From Pseudobacteriovorax sp. (GTDB lineage: Bacteria; Bdellovibrionota_B; Oligoflexia; Oligoflexales; Oligoflexaceae): a DNA stretch of 17,425 nucleotides. The translations under genes and the position numbers were made by a program. Location: contig JBNKNM010000109.1 in assembly GCA_050293845.1 (NCBI GenBank), forward strand, positions 1 through 17,425, written 5' to 3'. This document shows, one piece after another, positions 7,629-14,489 of the stretch (positions are counted from its first letter, which is position 1; every line of letters starts with the position of its first letter). A model generated the notes under the pieces. That model was not told the origin of the DNA, ran no database searches, and saw only the letters and a list, made by a program, of their open reading frames with translations.

Positions 7629-9380
7629 TTACTCTTTATAGTCGGCCAGTGAAATAACCTTAGGCTTCCACTTACCTATTTTAGCTTGGCGCCAAGAAAT
7701 AGTAACTGGCTGGTTATCAAAGGCGACATTTTTAATGAGACGAGATCTCAACTTCACTCTGTCTGGAGAAGAAGGTTCGTAGATTGCTCGCTCCACATCA
7801 CTAGGTGTAAATAGATCTAAAGTTAATCTATCTCTTTGCAAGATATCAAAATAACCATCACCTAATTCATGATATTTCAAGTCAATTTTTTTCAATACCC
7901 AGTAATCGAAATAATCATCGCTGGTATGGAGCAAGTACTTTTTTGTCACCCAATCAATGCGACCAATAAGCAATTCCGGATTTTTCTTGAGAGTTTCTAA
8001 AATCTCTTCCCACATCCTGACAATCTCGTGACTTTCAATGGCGACTGTTTGTTCCTTTAAATAAAGCTTCGCCCGTTTCAAATACCATTCTTGGATTTCA
8101 AGCGCTGTCAGTTTTCCTCCCTGAGTTAGCTGGACTTTGGCACTAAGGCTAAGATCTCTGGTAATTGTACGCAGCGCAGATATAGGATGAGTTAATCGGG
8201 GAGCATCCTTCAAATAATGATCGTTCGCCATTCTTACAATGAGGGAGGTAACTCCAACTTTCAAAAACTCGGCTATATGGGCTCTATTGGAGTCTGAAAA
8301 GGCAACTTGTAATCTCTGGGATTTACGAAGCAATTGTGTCCAAGCACTGGTGCGAAAAAGAAAAAGCTCCCAAATAGCTAACTCATACTCCTTGATGAGG
8401 TTACCACAATCAAACAGTGGCTTGTCCATTCTATGAATGGACGTTCGCTTGTAGCTATTGATTGCTTGAGATTTTTCTGAAAAAATAAAACTACCATCTT
8501 TCAGTAAACTCCCAGCTCCGGTATATATAATGCGAGAAATGATGTGAGCATGAATCTGCTCTTGCTGCGAACGAAAAGCGAATGCGTTATAAATCATAAT
8601 AAGTGGCTTATAACTCAGCCAAAACAGGGGATAAAATACTGAGTACTCCAACATCAGAAGGAACTCTTCTGTATCGTCAGTTTCAAAATTAAATCGTCCC
8701 AGTCCCGTTTTCATCATACCCTTAATCGTTGGCATAGCAAAAATTTTGTCGGTAACTCTGACTAGAACTTGCTTCGATCCCACCAAAACAATCATTTCTA
8801 AAAAAACTTTGACTGAAAAAATCAATAAAATAAATGGAATCAAACATATCAAATATACCAGCTTCAGGCTGATGGCTATGGGAATATAGGAAATGAGCAA
8901 GACTTGCATTACCCCGTAACGCATCCCAGAAGCTAAGTCACTATCATAGTTTTCCTGACTGCCGTAGGTATTTCCTTCGTAGTCGCGGCAATTTTTTATG
9001 AGACTTAACTCACCTTCAAACCCATCCATAGCCATCATTTCTGCAGCGATGGGGGTTGCTTTTTTTAAAAGTTCTTCTTGGGCACGTTGATAAAGAACAA
9101 GCTCATGGGAAGAATGACATTCAGGGGTAGCGCACTCTATGAGCCCTTTTCTCAAGCTCTGGGGATGGTGTTCGTAATAAATAGCCCCACCATTTTGAAC
9201 AAAAAATTGATCCTGAATAAAGCTTCGTTTTCCCGGCTTTGTCTTGACAATGGTCCGAATGGCTTGCGATAGGTAATCAAAGATAACTTTATTGCCAGGA
9301 TGCTCAGAAAAAGCCTTGGGAACAAAGCGAACGGCTAATTCTGTTTCCTGCCCTAAAAGATAGCTTTTACTACTCGCCAC
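7629..9380 (-). CDS. PafA/Dop-family (Pup ligase-like, carboxylate-amine ligase fold) protein with a hydrophobic membrane insertion
   Basis: Ordered match to PafA motifs: LGQETE (GIETE), FVQNGGAIYYE (FLRNGARLYLD), ECATPEC (EYATAEC), LIKN..D..GNTYGSQENY (LFKNNTD..GNSYGCHENY), SRIIYTGAG, RLQVAFSDSN (RLHVIVGDSN), LKVGVTSL, IDWVTK, IDLKYHEL, R..LR..LI, TISW. Start is GTG 9380 (AAGGTGG upstream) or TTG 9383 as in the ORF track. Confidence 0.9.
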   Translation of the reverse strand: MASSKSYLLGQETELAVRFVPKAFSEHPGNKVIFDYLSQAIRTIVKTKPGKRSFIQDQFFVQNGGAIYYEHHPQSLRKGLIECATPECHSSHELVLYQRAQEELLKKATPIAAEMMAMDGFEGELSLIKNCRDYEGNTYGSQENYDSDLASGMRYGVMQVLLISYIPIAISLKLVYLICLIPFILLIFSVKVFLEMIVLVGSKQVLVRVTDKIFAMPTIKGMMKTGLGRFNFETDDTEEFLLMLEYSVFYPLFWLSYKPLIMIYNAFAFRSQQEQIHAHIISRIIYTGAGSLLKDGSFIFSEKSQAINSYKRTSIHRMDKPLFDCGNLIKEYELAIWELFLFRTSAWTQLLRKSQRLQVAFSDSNRAHIAEFLKVGVTSLIVRMANDHYLKDAPRLTHPISALRTITRDLSLSAKVQLTQGGKLTALEIQEWYLKRAKLYLKEQTVAIESHEIVRMWEEILETLKKNPELLIGRIDWVTKKYLLHTSDDYFDYWVLKKIDLKYHELGDGYFDILQRDRLTLDLFTPSDVERAIYEPSSPDRVKLRSRLIKNVAFDNQPVTISWRQAKIGKWKPKVISLADYKE

Positions 9381-9519
9381 CAAGATCCACCTTAGCCGAT
9401 TTTACATATTCTTCCGCCTTTGTCTGTGCATCATCCTGAACCGCTCGCAGTGCAAGAGACAAGTTATTGTTATCACATGGTGATTCGACGAACAGAGCTG
9501 TCAGTGTGTTAGATTTCAT
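9370..9519 (-). CDS. Pup/UBact-like small modifier protein, 49 aa, C-terminal GGE (not in the ORF track)
   Basis: Manual translation gives MKSNTLTALFVESPCDNNNLSLALRAVQDDAQTKAEEYVKSAKVDLGGE*. AAGGAG lies 6 nt before the ATG. The C-terminus resembles Pup (..AEDFVRAYVQKGGQ/E), and its last codons overlap the start of the PafA-like gene. Confidence 0.85.
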   Translation of the reverse strand: MKSNTLTALFVESPCDNNNLSLALRAVQDDAQTKAEEYVKSAKVDLGGE

Positions 9520-9525
9520 AGCGGA

Positions 9526-9531
9526 CTCCTT
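9526..9531 (-). promoter_or_regulatory. Shine-Dalgarno sequence of the Pup-like ORF
   Basis: Minus strand reads AAGGAG-tccgct-ATG. Confidence 0.8.
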
Positions 9532-9690
9532 CGAGTAAGACAATGTTCAACCTAACTATCGGTCGTAAATGTCGGGCACAATAGCTTTTTTTCCAGGATA
9601 CAAGGCCTTACCCATCTACCAGTAACGTAAATATCTAATTTAACAAGCTTCCAAGGTTTGTCACCATATTACAAAAAAATATTCTTTAGT

Positions 9691-9724
9691 TAAAGTAAAA
9701 GGCGCTATAGCGCCTTTTACTTTA
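9691..9724 (-). terminator. Perfect 34-bp palindrome acting as the intrinsic terminator of the collagen-like gene
   Basis: TAAAGTAAAAGGCGCTA|TAGCGCCTTTTACTTTA. It includes the TAA stop (9722-9724) and reads as a GC core plus T-tract on either strand. Confidence 0.8.
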
Positions 9725-12415
9725 TCTCTCGGTGAATGCCTCACCCGCAGCACTGCTAACCTCATGAATATATTTCAATATAATCAGCAAGTTAGAGTTT
9801 GTTGCGGCTGCATCTGTCACCCTAGCTTCGATATTGCCATTGGCAAAACGGATATCGACACCCTGTCCGCTATTTAGGGGGCGCGTAATACCTTCAGCAT
9901 CCGCGAAGGTTCCCGATATTTGCTGGATGGTTTCCGGTCCATCCCAAGGCTGCAAGGTAACAAAACTGCCAACTGTACTTGGAGCTTGACTTGAAATCAT
10001 TTGGCTCACCACAGGAGATCCCGCAATCATTGCAGTAGGCTGATAATATTGAGGTCCAATTTTAAGCAAAGGACCTTCGCTGCATATATACAAAGAATTT
10101 GTAGCTGTGCAGGGAGCGATATCACCGTCTTGAGCAAAGTTACCAGCCGGGCCTTCAGGACCCTGTGGTCCCGTCTCTCCTCGCGGGCCACGGTCTCCTT
10201 TGGGACCCACATCTCCCTGTGGTCCTGCAGGCCCTATTTGGCCCGACTCACCACGTGGACCCCGTTCTCCTGGAGGACCTGGCTCCCCTTGGGGACCTTC
10301 GAGACCCTCGGGACCTTCGGGACCCACTGGTCCTCTAGGACCTTCGGGACCTGCAGGACCATCGAAACCTATTTCACCTTTGGGTCCCCGTGGGCCTTCG
10401 GGACCCTCAGGACCTTCGGGACCTTCCAACCCTTCGGGACCTTGTGGTCCCCTTGGACCCACCGGTCCGGCTGGACCCTGCTCCCCAGGAGGTCCAACAT
10501 CACCTAACGGACCAGCAGGACCTACGGGACCTTCGAGGCCTGCTGGCCCTGTATCACCAATGTCACCTTTAGCACCTGGCGGACCTTCGGGGCCTGGCTC
10601 TCCTACGTATCCGCGAGGACCTTGAGGACCAGGGTCTCCCTGATCACCCTGAGGACCTTGCAATCCCGTTTCCCCTTGCTCTCCCTGGGGGCCAGCAGGG
10701 CCAGCAGGTCCAGTAGGGCCAATTTTTCCCTCAGGACCGCGAGGGCCTATAGGACCTTCGGGACCTTCGGGACCATCGAGACCTTGCAATCCACGAGGTC
10801 CCACGGCCCCCTCATCACCTTTAATGCCAGGATCTCCTGTATCTCCCTTTGGCCCTGCGGGACCAATGGGACCTTCATCACCTTTTTCTCCTTGAGGACC
10901 TTCAGGACCTTCTAGACCTATCAAACCTTGGGGGCCAGCAGGACCCTGATCACCAGGATCTCCTTTAGGACCACGTTCACCAATAGATCCCTGGGGACCT
11001 TCAGGACCCGGCAAGCCTTCAGGCCCTGGAGGACCATCAGCACCGATATCACCTCGGGGACCCACGGGACCTTGAAGTCCTTGGGGGCCTGGTAAGCCTT
11101 CATCTCCAGCGGGACCAGCGGGACCTGTGGGACCAATGGGGCCCTCAGGGCCTTCGGGACCTTCAGGACCTTCAGGACCTGCGTCACCCTCCGGACCAAT
11201 GAAACCACGCGGACCTTGCAATCCGACATCTCCTTTTTCCCCTTGAGGACCGACCGGTCCGCGATCTCCCGTATCACCTTTTGGACCCTGCAATCCCTGG
11301 AGACCTTGGAGTCCGATGTCTCCTTGGGGTCCTATAGGGCCTTCAGGCCCCTCATCACCTTTTTCCCCAGGCTCTCCTTGCAGACCTTCATATCCTTGGG
11401 GACCACGAGGACCTTGCGGACCTTGCGGCCCCACATCTCCTTGAGGACCTATGGGACCCACAGGCCCCCCATCCCCGGTGTCACCCTTGTCTCCAATGGC
11501 ACCTTGCGGACCTTGCGGACCAACCTCCCCTTGATATCCCCGGGGCCCTATTTCTCCTTGGGGGCCACGATCTCCTGGATCTCCCTGATAACCTCGGGGT
11601 CCGGTAAGCCCCCTCGGACCTCGTGGCCCCCTGGGACCAAGAGGGCCCTCGATACCCTGCGGACCCTGAGGCCCTAAGGGTCCTGTAGCACCAGTCTGCC
11701 CCCGATTCCCCCGCGGGCCTGCTGGTCCTTGAGGTCCTTCGGGGCCTTCTGTCCCACGAGGTCCCGAGGGGCCAGGGATACCCTCTGCTAATAAACTTCC
11801 CAGCGGCACTGTGTGAGAAATATTGCCACTTGTTAAACGTAATCCAACCTTGCGATCATTGACTTCATCCTGGGATATAGTTCGCACCTCGCCTAAAAAA
11901 AGCAGGGTCGAACAGGAACTATTGACGGTGATGGGCGTTTCATCCCCCATCCATAATATGTCCCCGGTTTCTCGGTTTACGATAGAGACTCCTAACGACA
12001 GGGACTGGGTACAGTTTGCAATACCACGACAAGGACATATCACTCCTAAATCAACGATTGCGGACTTTTTGAGAGGATCAACTTCAGCTACTACTGAGCC
12101 CAAAGACCTTGGTTCAAAAACATCTACAATATCGTTGTTGTTTAGATCAAACACAACTAGTTCTGTATCAGCAAAAATATTACCGGATACAGTTACAATG
12201 TCATCATTTTCAGCAATGTCCAAACCCTGGAGGTCCAACACAGCGGCAGTATCGGGAGTTCCGTTAACAAAAGCCTTTATAGCTGCCTCAACAGTCATTG
12301 CTGTTTGATTTGCAACGGTGAATTCAAAGCTATAAATCTTTTCTGCTGCTAACAGTGGGGGATCGCTGCGACCCAAGCACCACAAGATAGCAGAGAGCCA
12401 TATTAACATTCTCAA
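9722..12415 (-). CDS. Secreted collagen-like protein: N-terminal globular domain, long Gly-X-Y helix, C-terminal globular domain
   Basis: The ORF track starts at 12529, but AGGAGGAG lies 7 nt before TTG at 12415 (or ATG 12409), giving a signal-peptide-like N-terminus ([19 protein letters not shown]). About 897 aa. Confidence 0.9.
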   Translation of the reverse strand: MRMLIWLSAILWCLGRSDPPLLAAEKIYSFEFTVANQTAMTVEAAIKAFVNGTPDTAAVLDLQGLDIAENDDIVTVSGNIFADTELVVFDLNNNDIVDVFEPRSLGSVVAEVDPLKKSAIVDLGVICPCRGIANCTQSLSLGVSIVNRETGDILWMGDETPITVNSSCSTLLFLGEVRTISQDEVNDRKVGLRLTSGNISHTVPLGSLLAEGIPGPSGPRGTEGPEGPQGPAGPRGNRGQTGATGPLGPQGPQGIEGPLGPRGPRGPRGLTGPRGYQGDPGDRGPQGEIGPRGYQGEVGPQGPQGAIGDKGDTGDGGPVGPIGPQGDVGPQGPQGPRGPQGYEGLQGEPGEKGDEGPEGPIGPQGDIGLQGLQGLQGPKGDTGDRGPVGPQGEKGDVGLQGPRGFIGPEGDAGPEGPEGPEGPEGPIGPTGPAGPAGDEGLPGPQGLQGPVGPRGDIGADGPPGPEGLPGPEGPQGSIGERGPKGDPGDQGPAGPQGLIGLEGPEGPQGEKGDEGPIGPAGPKGDTGDPGIKGDEGAVGPRGLQGLDGPEGPEGPIGPRGPEGKIGPTGPAGPAGPQGEQGETGLQGPQGDQGDPGPQGPRGYVGEPGPEGPPGAKGDIGDTGPAGLEGPVGPAGPLGDVGPPGEQGPAGPVGPRGPQGPEGLEGPEGPEGPEGPRGPKGEIGFDGPAGPEGPRGPVGPEGPEGLEGPQGEPGPPGERGPRGESGQIGPAGPQGDVGPKGDRGPRGETGPQGPEGPAGNFAQDGDIAPCTATNSLYICSEGPLLKIGPQYYQPTAMIAGSPVVSQMISSQAPSTVGSFVTLQPWDGPETIQQISGTFADAEGITRPLNSGQGVDIRFANGNIEARVTDAAATNSNLLIILKYIHEVSSAAGEAFTER
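10145..11782 (-). repeat. Collagen Gly-X-Y repeat: 182 consecutive triplets (9-bp periodicity)
   Basis: 1638 nt from GIP-GPS-GPR to GPQ-GPE-GPA with no break in Gly periodicity. Dominated by [12 protein letters not shown] and locally GC-rich. Confidence 0.95.
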
Positions 12416-12561
12416 GGCTCTACTCCTCCTGGTAAAATGTACGTCTAAAAAAGGTTTTAGGTATACTATCCAAGACAGATCAGCTAAGCAATAAAGTATA
12501 GGTAAATAGAATGTTCGTAGAGTAGACAAATTAAGACGGGGAGTGTCTTTGCTTACTCTGT

Positions 12562-13029
12562 TTAGGATTTTTTATACTGGCAGTTTTTCACCTGACAAAC
12601 ACCAAATAGATCTAAGGAGTGGTGGGTTAGCTTAATACCATAGGTTGCTGCAATTTCTTCCTGCAACATTTCAATTTTGTCGTTTTCAAATTCGATGACA
12701 CGACTACATGTCGTACAAATCAAATGATCGTGATGCTGATTAGGTTTATTGAGCTCAAACACCGCCCGTCCATCAGCAAACTGTTTCTGTTCTACTAAAC
12801 CCGCATCTTTTAGAAGATTAAGAGTACGATAGATAGTAGCCATTCCGGCATTACAATCCTGCTCTTTTGCATATTGATGCAGTTCTTCTGCTGCCACATG
12901 ATCGTTCATTTCGATAAAGTATTCAATAACCTGATTCCGCTGTTTACTGTGCTTTAGTTTCGCCTTAGCAAGATATTCATTAAGTCGTGACCAAAACCAT
13001 TCAAATTCATTTGTCTGCTTTCTTACCAT
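12562..13029 (-). CDS. Fur-family metal-responsive transcriptional regulator (Fur/Zur/PerR family)
   Basis: [47 protein letters not shown]....C. ATG at 13029 with AGGT 7 nt upstream. Confidence 0.93.
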   Translation of the reverse strand: MVRKQTNEFEWFWSRLNEYLAKAKLKHSKQRNQVIEYFIEMNDHVAAEELHQYAKEQDCNAGMATIYRTLNLLKDAGLVEQKQFADGRAVFELNKPNQHHDHLICTTCSRVIEFENDKIEMLQEEIAATYGIKLTHHSLDLFGVCQVKNCQYKKS

Positions 13030-13072
13030 CAATATGACCTACGCAATAACAACATACTCAACCACATTTCTT

Positions 13073-13146
13073 AGTATAGGCCAGATTAAAAACGCCGTCT
13101 ATTAAAGATGACCAAGCTTGTCAAGATGCAAAGTTTTGGATAAAAC
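13073..13146. promoter_or_regulatory. Candidate back-to-back sigma70-type promoters for the Fur-family gene (-) and the CDF gene (+)
   Basis: Minus strand: TAGACG (13101-13096)-17 nt-TATACT (13078-13073). Plus strand: TTGTCA (13118-13123)-17 nt-TAAAAC (13141-13146). Pattern match only. Confidence 0.45.
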
Positions 13147-13194
13147 CACAGCGTACCGAAATCGACGATCCCGATAACTTTGAAAGTTGCTGCT

Positions 13195-14082
13195 ATGGCC
13201 TCTCATCACCACCATGAACACCATATTGATAATGACTCATCTATTAAAAGGCTCTTTTTTGCTTTCCTCTTGAATCTAAGCTTTGCAGTCGTTGAATTTA
13301 TTGGTGGCATTATATTTCAAAGCATGTCCGTGGTCGCCGATGCTATTCATGACCTAGGTGATTCCCTTAGCTTAGGGCTCGCCCTGATACTACAAAAGAA
13401 GTCTCAAAAGAGTGCCACAAGACGTTTTACTTATGGCTATAAAAGGTACTCCACCGCTGGTGCACTCATTAACAGCTTAATTCTAATTGTCGGGTCAGCG
13501 ATCGTTGTTTGGGAGTCCATTCCTCGTTTTTTTCAGACGAACGAATTACCAGATTACCAAGGCATGATGGGATTAGCCTTGATAGGAATAGCTGTGAACT
13601 CTTTAGCCGCATGGAAGCTATCTGTGGGACACAGTCACAACGAGAAAGTCATTAGCCTGCACTTGCTGGAAGATATTCTAGGCTGGGTAGCCGTTCTTGT
13701 AGGAAGTATTCTCATTCACTTCTTTGAATGGCTTTGGATTGATCCCTTACTTGCCTGTCTTATTGCGCTATTTATCTTAAAAAATGTTTGGCATAGTTTT
13801 ACGACAACCGCACGCATTTTCTTACAATCTATTCCCGACAATATCGATATGGATCATATAGAAGACGCCATTAGTAATATAGAAGGGGTAAAGCAATTAA
13901 CCAATATCCATGCTTGGACATTAGATGGTGACGACCATGTTTGCACTTGCACTATCGTGCCGAGCGTTCCCAGCAGCTCCTATTCCGCAGTAAAAGCTCA
14001 AATTCGCAGTTACTTACGACAATACCGCTTCAAACATGTCACCATTGAAGTTGCCACAAATTCCGATGAAGTTTGCCATTAA
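13195..14082 (+). CDS. Cation diffusion facilitator (CzcD/ZitB-type Zn/Cd/Co exporter)
   Basis: His-rich N-terminus (SHHHHEHH), ADAIHDLGD (TM2 HxxxD), FTYGYKR, HLLED (TM5 HxxxD), WIDPL, C-terminal HAWTLDG..HVTIE. ATG 13195 is preferred over TTG 13180. Confidence 0.93.
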   Translation: MASHHHHEHHIDNDSSIKRLFFAFLLNLSFAVVEFIGGIIFQSMSVVADAIHDLGDSLSLGLALILQKKSQKSATRRFTYGYKRYSTAGALINSLILIVGSAIVVWESIPRFFQTNELPDYQGMMGLALIGIAVNSLAAWKLSVGHSHNEKVISLHLLEDILGWVAVLVGSILIHFFEWLWIDPLLACLIALFILKNVWHSFTTTARIFLQSIPDNIDMDHIEDAISNIEGVKQLTNIHAWTLDGDDHVCTCTIVPSVPSSSYSAVKAQIRSYLRQYRFKHVTIEVATNSDEVCH

Positions 14083-14489
14083 TCTCCTATGGAAGCATAG
14101 TGAGGCAGCTTCACACCTGCAAATGAATTAGCCGTTTTACTTTATTTAGGGTTTTACGCGATACATTACTCAAAATCGTGCTTCCGATAATTTAGTTCCA
14201 TAAAGTCGGGAAATTGAACGCCAGCAAAATTGACACCGTAAAAATAGTTACGTCATTTTTCATTTTTTTACAGATTTTTATTTTATTTTTTTCCTTTATG
14301 AGATATTCCTAAATAGCGAGTCGCATTTTGATCTTTTTTATAAATTTCATTGATATTTATAAAAGAGAGATTAAAAAAAGACTCCTTAAATGATGCAGAG
14401 TTTTCCAAACTGTGCATTTTTTTAAACGCCATTCTAGCCTGACCGGCCAGATAAGGCGAGCTTCAAGTTCACTTCAACGAGGTATTAAC

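Noticed and set aside
135..9272. Short ORF-track entries (60-115 aa) nested in or antisense to metG, tolC, RND, the secreted protein and the ligase
   Set aside because: They overlap well-supported genes and show no recognisable motifs or RBS.
7629..9383. Calling the ligase-family gene dop or canonical pafA
   Set aside because: It has no Dop-loop-sized insert, several canonical PafA residues are changed and it has a membrane insert, so no gene symbol was assigned.
9540..9600. CCGATA hexamers (also near 13171 and 14185) as sigma28 -10 boxes
   Set aside because: No TAAA -35 element at the expected spacing.
10001..11677. Several long alternative-frame and antisense ORFs over the collagen gene, including a plus-strand Gly-Pro-X ORF at 10200-10625
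   Set aside because: GGN-CCN codon pairs are self-complementary and GC-rich, so the antisense strand also reads Gly-Pro-X and lacks stops. These are shadow ORFs with no RBS.
10145..11782. Abrupt high-GC segment suggesting horizontal transfer, or a CRISPR-like repeat array
   Set aside because: Fully explained by Gly/Pro codons with 9-bp periodicity. There is no repeat-spacer structure, and no cas, integrase or transposase genes are present.
12416..12529. ORF-track N-terminal extension of the collagen-like protein
   Set aside because: The strong AGGAGGAG SD and the signal peptide point to a start at 12415/12409.
14412..14489. ORF-track N-terminal extension of the TonB-dependent receptor
   Set aside because: GAGGT precedes ATG 14490, which begins a normal signal peptide.
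14083..14489. Possible riboswitch or Fur/Zur box upstream of the TonB receptor, and a hairpin CTCCTATG-GAAG-CATAGTGAG after the CDF stop
   Set aside because: No cobalamin, TPP or c-di-GMP consensus elements and no GATAATGATAATCATTATC-like box were seen. The hairpin lacks a U-tract.
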